Assembly: GCA_034661055.1 (NCBI GenBank)
Contig: JAYEKO010000041.1
Span: 1-17,329, forward strand
DNA: 17,329 nucleotides
Reading direction: 5' to 3'
Origin: Campylobacterota bacterium
GTDB lineage: Bacteria; Campylobacterota; Campylobacteria; Campylobacterales; Sulfurimonadaceae
Shown: piece by piece, positions 1 through 7,138 of the stretch
Layout of the letters: each line of letters starts with the position of its first letter
Numbering within the stretch: position 1 is the first letter of the stretch
Program-made: the position numbers and the translations under genes
Notes under the pieces: model-generated
Told to the model about the DNA's origin: nothing
Database searches by the model: none
The model's input: the letters and a program-made list of their open reading frames with translations, nothing else

Positions 1-593
1 CGCCACATTTTGCCTGATTCTTCACCCTCTTCATATCCAAAGTCATCATATACCGTCAAGTATAGAGTTTTTCCATCTAAATACTCTTTAGAAAATTTAA
101 AACCATCTTCTACCACAGGTGGTGTAGCCTCCTCTTCAACGGTACCAAAAGTAACTTTATTATTATTAATAGTGTAAGGAATTTCAATTTTATCAGAATA
201 GTCAAAGTTACCTTCATCAGTAACTCCCTCTAGTTTAAAAACGGCACCACTGTCTTGTGGCTGTACCATCACCCAGTCAAATTTTGGTTCATCTCCTGCA
301 ATTGGGAACATAAGCCAAGCTGGATCAGGCGGAGTTGTAATACTTTCATCTTTTAACCATCCAAAGAGATCGGTATCTGTTGCTTCTTTACCTTGAAGCT
401 GGTAGGTGACACCATTAGATGTAAAAGCCCAGTCAAAGGCAGGTTCTGCATCTGTAAAGTCATAGGCACCAAAAGTACCGGTAATATTGTAACTTCCAAC
501 ATTTAGGAGTTCATCATGAACTAGACTCTCTGCTTGTAGTGAACCTATTAGCAACATTGAGGTTGCAACTGAAATTAGTGAATGTTTAATCAT
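1..593 (-). CDS. Secreted/exported hypothetical protein, acidic and aromatic-rich; runs off the left edge of the window
   Basis: Not in the ORF track. ATG at 593-591 preceded by AAAGGT. Open to the window edge: MIKHSLISVATSMLLIGSLQA|ESLVHDELLNVGSYNITGTFGAYDFTDAEPAFDWAF...GKMW. Sec signal-peptide-like N-terminus ending in LQA. Confidence 0.85.
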   Translation of the reverse strand, partial: MIKHSLISVATSMLLIGSLQAESLVHDELLNVGSYNITGTFGAYDFTDAEPAFDWAFTSNGVTYQLQGKEATDTDLFGWLKDESITTPPDPAWLMFPIAGDEPKFDWVMVQPQDSGAVFKLEGVTDEGNFDYSDKIEIPYTINNNKVTFGTVEEEATPPVVEDGFKFSKEYLDGKTLYLTVYDDFGYEEGEESGKMW

Positions 594-715
594 AACTGAC
601 CTTTAAAATAAAGTAACAATATTTTAAAATGTTACTACTTGATTACATGTTAATACTGAGTAGGTTAAGTAATTTGTTGGGGGGGGCGTGTTCCTGTTTG
701 TAACATAGTTAAAGT

Positions 716-1510
716 TTATGAATGAGACTCAGCTCGTATTAATGCCACTTCTTTAAAAAAACTATGACCGATGTAAATAACAAAAAAGACAGTAGCAACA
801 AGGACTGCAAAGGGTATGAGTGAGATTAAGTAGAGTAGAAATGTCTTAAGCCTCATACTATTACCTTTGAAGTGCATAATTTTAAAGTACTCCTCTTTTG
901 TGCAGAGAGTAGATGCGACATCATAGGTGAGTAGTTTATGAAAAAAATAGTAAAAAGGTAGGTTTAGTGCAACAATATTTATGAGTGGCACAAAGTACAG
1001 TGGGGTAAGCAGTAGAAATAGAAGAATCATAATAAGAAATGATTTGAAAAAATTCCAGATGACCATACTCATACCATCAAAACCGACTAGTTCAATAGTG
1101 CTGTAGTGACGCTCTTTTAGCTCCTTTAAAATAGGAGGTGTTAAAAAACCGATAACAGCTAGTGCAACAACAACTGAGACAAGCAGAACTAAAAAACTAC
1201 CAACGGTGTAAATTAAAAAAGTCAGTAGCCATGACGTAATAGTATGTTTGAGAAGAAATTCTACAATTGATGAACCTGTAAATTCTCCACTAAAGTTTTC
1301 TGTATGTTCCACGCCACCACTATTTAGAGTTTGTGAACTCTCAATCTGAAGGGTTGACTGCTGTAGTGCATCAAGACCAAAGTCTGCAGCAACAAAAAAG
1401 AGAGTGTACATGACTAAGATGGTAATAATAAATGGCAAAATAACCATTTTGAGCATTTTAGGTGTTGAAAAATCTTTAATGCTTAGTAAAAAAAGGTTAG
1501 TCTCATTCAT
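716..1510 (-). CDS. EI24/CysZ-like multi-pass membrane protein
   Basis: 264 aa with several hydrophobic helices and the segments IGFLTPPILKEL and FFHKLLTYDV, which resemble Campylobacterota EI24-domain proteins. Start overlaps the upstream stop (TAATG). Confidence 0.7.
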   Translation of the reverse strand: MNETNLFLLSIKDFSTPKMLKMVILPFIITILVMYTLFFVAADFGLDALQQSTLQIESSQTLNSGGVEHTENFSGEFTGSSIVEFLLKHTITSWLLTFLIYTVGSFLVLLVSVVVALAVIGFLTPPILKELKERHYSTIELVGFDGMSMVIWNFFKSFLIMILLFLLLTPLYFVPLINIVALNLPFYYFFHKLLTYDVASTLCTKEEYFKIMHFKGNSMRLKTFLLYLISLIPFAVLVATVFFVIYIGHSFFKEVALIRAESHS

Positions 1511-2025
1511 TAGATATAATCTTCAATAAGTTGAATGACCTTAGAGATTTCACTCTCATCAAGTCTGCCTTCAAAAAGATACAGTAGTTTTCCCTCTCTA
1601 TTAAATAGTAAAACATTGGAGCTGTCATCAGCAATATTCCACTCATTGACAAGAACACTTTTTTTGTCTTTAACGTAGAGTGTATCTGGGTAGAGTTCTT
1701 GTTTCTTTTTTAGTTTTGCCTCTATTGCAAAGTTGGGCATCCATGTAGCTGCAAGATTAATAATAGCGACAGAACCGTAATAGTTACGGTCAAATTTTTT
1801 AAGTTTAAGTGCAGTAGTGAGATCATTGTTGGTATCTTTCTCATCGGGATCAACATATAAAAGTACATGTATTTTTCCTTGTAGCATCTGTTTTGAAGAC
1901 CATGCTTGCTCTTCAACTGTGCCACCGTTGTCTCCATCAAGAGTCACTGCTGGTGCTAGTTGCCCTACTGTTAATGCTGAGAGGTTCAGCGCTAAAAAGA
2001 ATATTGATATAACTATTTTTTTCAT
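1510..2025 (-). CDS. YtfJ-family exported protein (thioredoxin-like fold)
   Basis: Signal peptide MKKIVISIFFLALNLSA, then GG..WSS..L.GK.HVL.Y and AIINL..W motifs recalled from YtfJ/HI0045-type proteins. Confidence 0.7.
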   Translation of the reverse strand: MKKIVISIFFLALNLSALTVGQLAPAVTLDGDNGGTVEEQAWSSKQMLQGKIHVLLYVDPDEKDTNNDLTTALKLKKFDRNYYGSVAIINLAATWMPNFAIEAKLKKKQELYPDTLYVKDKKSVLVNEWNIADDSSNVLLFNREGKLLYLFEGRLDESEISKVIQLIEDYI

Positions 2026-2028
2026 AGA

Positions 2029-3729
2029 TTAGTCCTTTGTAATTTCCTGTTTTGGTTCACCTAAATAAAAGCCCTGAAAACCGACAATATTAAGCTCTTT
2101 AGCTTTTTCATGGACCTCTTTGGAGTGAATATACTCTGCAATGACTTCAATATTTAGCTCTTTAGAGAAGTTGGATATTGTTTTGGTAATAATATATGAC
2201 TCTTTATTGGTATCAATATCTTTAATGAGAGAGCCATCAATTTTAATATAATCAGGTTTTAATTCCATTAAATAAGAGAAGTTTGAGTATCCACTTCCAA
2301 AGTCATCTAGAGCAATTCTAACTCCTAACCCTTTCATTTGGGCAATAAAGTTTTTAATAAGTTCAAAGTTATCAATACTTTCGCTTTCTACAATCTCTAA
2401 AATAAGATTTTTAGCCATATTTTGAGTATCTATTAACTCTTTAATATAGGTGATGATACTCTCGTTGGAGATATCCTCATAGGAGAGGTTTATGGAAAAA
2501 GAGGTTGCTGTATTCTCAAAGACATCAAAAGCTTTTTTAATCATCACTCTGGTAAGTTCTGCATAGTATTTTGTTTTTTTAACACCATCAATAAAGAAAA
2601 AAGGTGAGATTATCTTGCCATCTTTGGCAATAATTCGTGCCAAACATTCGTAAGTGGTCTCTCCTGAAGTTTTTATTATGGGCTGGAAAAAAGGTACTAA
2701 ACGGTCCTCTTCAAGTGCATGTTTAACCAGTTTAATAGCATTGAGTTCTTTTTTGTACTGCTCCTCAAGAGAAATCTCTTTTGAGTAAACAATAATGCTC
2801 TGATGCGTTTTTTTGGCATAATTAAGTGCCATATCTGCATACTCAAGTAAGCGGTGCTCACTGTTTTGATTAACAATAGAAATGGTAGCAGAAATGTTAA
2901 TTTCAATTTCATGCTCATCTATAATAATTTTAATGGGAAAACTAGTAAGAGTATCTAGTATGCTTTGAGCAGTCATCTGGTACTCTTTGAGCTCTTGATT
3001 TATGTGGCTCAAGCATGCAAACTGATCACCGCTGAGACGGTACATTTTGTAGTTCTTAGGTAGGATAGACTTGAGAAGTGCTGCAATATCATGAAGAATC
3101 CTATCACCGATTTTGACACCATATAGGTTGTTAATTGTAGAAAATTTATTGATATCCAAAACAATAATACTTTCTTGGTTATCTGACTCTATACTCTGCT
3201 CAAGTGAAAGTCTATTAGGTAGATTGGTTAGTTGATCATAATGGTAAGTGTGTTTAAGTTCTTGAGTCTTCTTCTTTACAAGTTCAACTAGAGAGGCTTT
3301 GTACTGACTATTCTCTTTTGAAATTTGAATTCTGTGAACAGTTCTATAAATACTATCAACAAACTGTGAAATATCCAAAGGCTTAAGTAGGTAGCCATCA
3401 ATTCCTAATTTAATAGTTTCAATAAAATATGTGGGTTCATTATATGCTGAAAGTACCAGTACTGAGATGTGTTCATTGTGTTGGCGCAATTTTGTAATTA
3501 GATCAATACCGTTTATTTTTGGCATGTTAATATCAGTAATGAGAAGGTCATAGTCTATTTTTTGAAGCATTTCATACGCCTCTTTACCATCAACTGCAGT
3601 ATCGACTGAGGCAAAGAAGTCTTTTAATACCTCTAATGTATGTGTGCGTGCATCAATATTATCTTCTACGTAAAGTACATCTAGATTTTCACTCTGTTGA
3701 ATTATCTCTTCTATTTTTTTAAGATTCAT
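2029..3729 (-). CDS. Response regulator receiver-GGDEF-EAL protein, probable c-di-GMP phosphodiesterase
   Basis: REC domain: VLYVED, LLITDINMP, YLLKP. GGDEF region: DQLTNLPNR with SGDQF at the active site. EAL domain: PFFQPI, ECLARI, LEIVE, IALDDFGSGYSNF, IKIDGS, IAEY, QGFYLGEP. Confidence 0.93.
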   Translation of the reverse strand: MNLKKIEEIIQQSENLDVLYVEDNIDARTHTLEVLKDFFASVDTAVDGKEAYEMLQKIDYDLLITDINMPKINGIDLITKLRQHNEHISVLVLSAYNEPTYFIETIKLGIDGYLLKPLDISQFVDSIYRTVHRIQISKENSQYKASLVELVKKKTQELKHTYHYDQLTNLPNRLSLEQSIESDNQESIIVLDINKFSTINNLYGVKIGDRILHDIAALLKSILPKNYKMYRLSGDQFACLSHINQELKEYQMTAQSILDTLTSFPIKIIIDEHEIEINISATISIVNQNSEHRLLEYADMALNYAKKTHQSIIVYSKEISLEEQYKKELNAIKLVKHALEEDRLVPFFQPIIKTSGETTYECLARIIAKDGKIISPFFFIDGVKKTKYYAELTRVMIKKAFDVFENTATSFSINLSYEDISNESIITYIKELIDTQNMAKNLILEIVESESIDNFELIKNFIAQMKGLGVRIALDDFGSGYSNFSYLMELKPDYIKIDGSLIKDIDTNKESYIITKTISNFSKELNIEVIAEYIHSKEVHEKAKELNIVGFQGFYLGEPKQEITKD

Positions 3730-3764
3730 ATTCCATTCTCGTTAAAGATACTATAGTTGCCACT

Positions 3765-3773
3765 ATTTTAGCA
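3765..3773 (-). promoter_or_regulatory. Extended -10 promoter (TGCTAAAAT) for the REC-GGDEF-EAL, ytfJ and EI24 genes
   Basis: Matches TGnTAnAAT, about 35 nt upstream of the ATG at 3729. Confidence 0.55.
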
Positions 3774-3783
3774 TAATTTATGT

Positions 3784-5025
3784 TTAGAGGTGCTCTTTAA
3801 TTATTGCAGTTGCCGCAATATGACCACTAGCCCAGGCAAAATGTAGATTATAGCCGCCTCGTCGTCCAACTATATCTAAAACTTCACCGGCAAAGTAGAG
3901 CCCACTAGTTTTGTTAGACTCCATTGTTTTAGAGTTGACATCTGATGTGCTAACACCTCCTCCGCTGACTTCTGCATGCTTAAAACCGTGTGTATCTATA
4001 ACATCAAAACGCCAATTCTTAAGCACATTAACCACCTGCTTAATCTGTTTTGGGGTTAATGAGGAGACATCGGTATTTTCTTCTATTTTAGAACTTTTCA
4101 AAATATGGGGAGCCATTTTAGAAGGAACTAGAGTAGTGAGTACTTCTAATATAGTGTAGTTTTTAAGAGAAGTACAGATGCTATTAATAGTTGCAATAAG
4201 CTTTTGGCGCTCTATATCACTAAACAGGTCAATTCCAATAGTGACACTGTTGTATTGTAGTAATGCGTGAGAGGCTTTATGAGAGATATCTAAAATTGCA
4301 AATCCTGAGATTCCATATTTGGTAAAAAGAGTATCACCTTCAGTTTCATCTGCTTTTTTATTGTTGATGTAGAGTGTCACATGAGCATTTTGTTTAACTC
4401 CTGCCATTTTATGATGGAAATTTGAATCAAGATGAAGTTGTACCAAAGAGGGATAGGTGGGTATGATTGTATGTCCAAAGGAGTGCGCAATATTATAGCC
4501 ACTGCCATTGGCTCCAAGTTGAGGTGCAGCTTCAGAACCTGTTGCAATGATTACAGCCGCATAACCGTTATATTGCTGTGTGTTGTCTTCTCGTGTATAT
4601 AAGTTAAAAGTATCATCAGTTTTTATAACTTTTTGAATATAACTATCGGTGAAAAAAGTAACTCCAGATTTTAGTGCTGAGTTTTTAAGTACCGTAGTAA
4701 CTGCTTTAGACTCATTGGAACGTGGGTACGCTCTACCGTCATCTTTAATATCTAGCAGAAGACCTAAAGTAAAAAAGAACTTCTCAAACATTTTAAAGTC
4801 AAAATTTTTAAGTGAATTATTAACAAAAGAGGGGTCTTCACCTGCAAAGTCATTTACATGTAAATTTTTATTGGAGATATTGCAGCGACCATTTCCTGAA
4901 GCAAGAATCTTTTTGCCAACTCTGTCACTATGTTCAAAGAGATGAACCTTTAGACCTTTTTTTGAAGCGACAATAGAAGCCATCAAACCTGCAGCACCAG
5001 CACCAATAATTGCAATTTTTTTCAT
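3784..5025 (-). CDS. BaiN/HI0933-family NAD(P)/FAD-dependent oxidoreductase
   Basis: IIGAGAAG, GKKILASGNGRCN, ATG..A.P.LG.NGSGY, LFTKYGISG, A.VSGGGV, TMES, GLYFAGEVLDIVG..GGYNL..AWASG. Confidence 0.93.
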   Translation of the reverse strand: MKKIAIIGAGAAGLMASIVASKKGLKVHLFEHSDRVGKKILASGNGRCNISNKNLHVNDFAGEDPSFVNNSLKNFDFKMFEKFFFTLGLLLDIKDDGRAYPRSNESKAVTTVLKNSALKSGVTFFTDSYIQKVIKTDDTFNLYTREDNTQQYNGYAAVIIATGSEAAPQLGANGSGYNIAHSFGHTIIPTYPSLVQLHLDSNFHHKMAGVKQNAHVTLYINNKKADETEGDTLFTKYGISGFAILDISHKASHALLQYNSVTIGIDLFSDIERQKLIATINSICTSLKNYTILEVLTTLVPSKMAPHILKSSKIEENTDVSSLTPKQIKQVVNVLKNWRFDVIDTHGFKHAEVSGGGVSTSDVNSKTMESNKTSGLYFAGEVLDIVGRRGGYNLHFAWASGHIAATAIIKEHL

Positions 5026-5100
5026 AATGATATTGTAATGGTTTTATGATTAAGAGTAACTATAAATATTTGAGATTATTTTAATGAGTTAAAAGTGTAA

Positions 5101-5177
5101 TGGCGCGGTGGACGAGATTCGAACTCGCGACCCCCTGCGTGACAGGCAGGTATTCTAACCAACTGAACTACCACCGC
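5101..5177 (-). tRNA. tRNA-Asp(GTC), distal copy
   Basis: Acceptor GCGGTGG/CCACCGC plus GCCA; anticodon arm CCTGC-CTGTCAC-GCAGG; T-loop TTCGAAT. Confidence 0.97.
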
Positions 5178-5190
5178 ATCCTGTGTTCAA

Positions 5191-5273
5191 TTTTTAAACT
5201 AGTTGTGCTTAAGATTTTGGCGAAGCGCACTACCAGTACGTGAGTCAAAAACTTTAGTGCAAATAATTAAAAA
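5191..5273. repeat. Palindromic (REP/MITE-like) element in the Val-Asp spacer
   Basis: Terminal TTTTTAA/TTAAAAA. Arms 5203-5221 and 5244-5262 give 14 Watson-Crick pairs plus 3 G-T pairs out of 19. Confidence 0.6.
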
Positions 5274-5349
5274 TGGTGGGCATTACAAGACTCGAACTTG
5301 TGACATCTACCTTGTAAGGGTAGCGCTCTACCAACTGAGCTAAACGCCC
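5274..5349 (-). tRNA. tRNA-Val(TAC), distal copy
   Basis: Acceptor GGGCGTT/AATGCCC plus ACCA; anticodon arm CTACC-CTTACAA-GGTAG. Confidence 0.97.
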
Positions 5350-5449
5350 TTTTTTATGCTTTTAACTTTACTCTGCGTTAAAACCTCTTTTGGATACTGA
5401 AGTATTCCTCAATCGGCTTTGCCTTGATTAAAGCAAAAATCATCAAAAA
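5350..5449. repeat. Palindromic (REP/MITE-like) element in the Asp-Val spacer
   Basis: Imperfect outer arms TTTTTATGCTTTTAACTTTA / TAAAGCAAAAATCATCAAAAA, inner CTGCGTT...GCCTTG motifs and an apical hairpin GGATAC-TGAA-GTATTC. Confidence 0.55.
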
Positions 5450-5489
5450 GTTGAAAAAATAGAATAAGTTTATAAATCAAAATTTTTTA

Positions 5490-5566
5490 TGGCGCGGTGG
5501 ACGAGATTCGAACTCGCGACCCCCTGCGTGACAGGCAGGTATTCTAACCAACTGAACTACCACCGC
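5490..5566 (-). tRNA. tRNA-Asp(GTC), proximal copy
   Basis: Identical to 5101-5177. Confidence 0.97.
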
Positions 5567-5577
5567 ATCCTATTTCA

Positions 5578-5653
5578 TGGTGGGCATTACAAGACTCGAA
5601 CTTGTGACATCTACCTTGTAAGGGTAGCGCTCTACCAACTGAGCTAAACGCCC
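5578..5653 (-). tRNA. tRNA-Val(TAC), proximal copy
   Basis: Identical to 5274-5349. Confidence 0.97.
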
Positions 5654-5703
5654 ATGAAAACTATGCTTTATAAACTAATAAATTAAATAACATACACAAA
5701 AAA

Positions 5704-5779
5704 TGGCGACCCTTAAAGGATTTGAACCTATGTTCCTACCATGAAGTGATAGTGTCCTTGGCCACTAGACGAAAGGGTC
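5704..5779 (-). tRNA. tRNA-Glu(TTC), atypical (A32, C33, U50-U64 mismatch)
   Basis: GACCCTT TC GTCT AGTGGCCAA GGAC A CTATC ACTTCAT GGTAG GAAC ATAGG TTCAAAT CCTTT AAGGGTC GCCA: full cloverleaf with a 4-nt variable loop and encoded CCA. Confidence 0.88.
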
Positions 5780-5787
5780 AAGTAACA

Positions 5788-5863
5788 TGGTGTCCTGTGA
5801 TGGATTCGAACCATCGGCCACATCATTAAAAGTGACGTGCTCTACCAGCTGAGCTAACAAGAC
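5788..5863 (-). tRNA. tRNA-Lys(TTT)
   Basis: Acceptor GTCTTGT/ACAGGAC plus ACCA; anticodon arm CGTCA-CTTTTAA-TGATG; T-arm GATGG-TTCGAAT-CCATC. Confidence 0.96.
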
Positions 5864-5887
5864 ATACTCACTCATTTGTGAGGCAGA

Positions 5888-5916
5888 ATTATAGGAGAAA
5901 CCATCTGCTTTGTCAA
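5888..5916 (-). promoter_or_regulatory. Sigma70 promoter of the tRNA operon
   Basis: TTGACA (5916-5911), 17-nt spacer, TATAAT (5893-5888), 24 nt upstream of tRNA-Lys. Confidence 0.9.
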
Positions 5917-5923
5917 GGGAAAA

Positions 5924-7021
5924 TTAGCTCTTTTTGAAAAAAAGTTCGCGATCTAGCAAAACTAGCATTTTAATGGCGTGTAAAACACTCTGTTCTTGAA
6001 CGTAATTACGGTCACCATTTAGATGCAGCTCTTCAACTTTAGAGGCATTTTCGCTTCGTACAGCAATAAAGACTGTGCCGACAGGTTTCTCATCACTTCC
6101 ACCTTCAGGTCCTGCAATGCCGCTAATAGCTATTGAAAAATCAGCATAGCTAACATTGAGCGCACCTTCACTCATCTCACTAACTACTTCTGCGCTTACA
6201 GCACCATACTTTTGTAAAATGGTGTCATCAACTGCCAGCCAGTTGGATTTAAGGGCATTTGAATAGGTAACTAAAGAGCCATCAAAGACAGTAGAGGCAC
6301 CATGTTCATAAGTCAAAAATGCTGCAAGTTGTCCTCCGCTACAGCTCTCTGCAAACGTTAGTTTTTTCTTGTGCGAGTTTAGTGTGTTGATGATGTAAGC
6401 ACTCATATTAGAAGCGGTAATTATATTATTATTAAGAAGTTTTTTTGCTGCATCAATAAATTTAGATATATTTCCATATTTTCTGCTTAAAACAGTAAGG
6501 GTAATCCATCCTTTTACTAGGGGTGAAAAGTTTAAAACTACATCAAATGTTTGCGCTAGGGGTTCAAGTAAGACAGTACTGTTTTCTAATGTTTCATCAA
6601 AAAGTTGAATCTGTGCACTTCTGTTTTCGTTTTGAATCAAAATAGGTGCTAATGTCTCCTCTTCATTTGCAGAGATAACATTAATATTAGAGCCACCAAA
6701 CTGAAGCAGATAGGAGTTTTTCTCATAGATAACACTTTGTGAGGGAATAAGCATATCTCCTTGTAATACCTGATTGTCTGAAGTCACAGTTGAGAGTAGC
6801 TTGCCGATGGTGGTAAAACTATTTTTTGTAGTAAATATAAGGAGGTTATTTTCATTTTGAAGGGCTTTTTCTAGATGTAAAAATAGGCGATTGTCAGACT
6901 CTCCAAAGTATGAAACCGAGTCAATAGTACCTATTTTTTGTTCTACTTTTCGAACTACATAAGAGCGTAAACTCTGGTTGTAGTTAAATTTGTTACCCAC
7001 AAAAATAATATTATTTTGCAT
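5924..7021 (-). CDS. cinA: CinA-family protein with a C-terminal NMN deamidase (PncC) domain and a divergent N-terminal MocF-like domain
   Basis: TFAESCSGG, GAS.VF.G.LVTYSN..K, GAVSAEVV.EM.EG, SGIAGPEGG...KPVGTVFI, GDR..VQ. Confidence 0.88.
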   Translation of the reverse strand: MQNNIIFVGNKFNYNQSLRSYVVRKVEQKIGTIDSVSYFGESDNRLFLHLEKALQNENNLLIFTTKNSFTTIGKLLSTVTSDNQVLQGDMLIPSQSVIYEKNSYLLQFGGSNINVISANEEETLAPILIQNENRSAQIQLFDETLENSTVLLEPLAQTFDVVLNFSPLVKGWITLTVLSRKYGNISKFIDAAKKLLNNNIITASNMSAYIINTLNSHKKKLTFAESCSGGQLAAFLTYEHGASTVFDGSLVTYSNALKSNWLAVDDTILQKYGAVSAEVVSEMSEGALNVSYADFSIAISGIAGPEGGSDEKPVGTVFIAVRSENASKVEELHLNGDRNYVQEQSVLHAIKMLVLLDRELFFKKS

Positions 7022-7046
7022 CTTTTTTCTCCTTCTTCAAGCTTGT

Positions 7047-7055
7047 AGTATAGCA
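7047..7055 (-). promoter_or_regulatory. Extended -10 (TGCTATACT) for cinA
   Basis: TGnTATACT about 25 nt upstream of the ATG, followed by an AAGGAG Shine-Dalgarno. Confidence 0.6.
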
Positions 7056-7092
7056 TATAGTTTATTTATCAGATGATTTTAATGCCTTAATG

Positions 7093-7100
7093 GATATAAT
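7093..7100 (+). promoter_or_regulatory. -10 element (gaTATAAT) for the ileS operon
   Basis: TATAAT at 7095-7100, 38 nt upstream of the ileS ATG, with upstream T-rich tracts typical of Campylobacterota promoters. Confidence 0.6.
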
Positions 7101-7138
7101 GCAAAAATTTTAAAAAGAACTATTTATCAAGGTTTTTA

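Noticed and set aside
679..695. Rho-independent terminator after the EI24 gene
   Set aside because: On the transcribed (minus) strand the C-run has no adequate complementary arm and no U-tract follows.
5101..5653. CRISPR array or integrative-element att sites suggested by the direct repeats
   Set aside because: The repeats are complete 76-77 nt tRNA genes, with no cas, integrase or cargo genes nearby.
5736..5752. Reading the odd tRNA as a UCA (opal suppressor/Sec) anticodon from CT-TCA
   Set aside because: Shifting the register breaks the CTATC/GGTAG stem. There is no long variable arm, and the body has Glu identity features.
7022..7138. T-box leader for ileS, or SAM/purine riboswitches before metY and guaB
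   Set aside because: The ileS leader after the -10 is only about 30 nt, and the gaps before guaB and metY are 16 and 14 nt, leaving no room for such structures.
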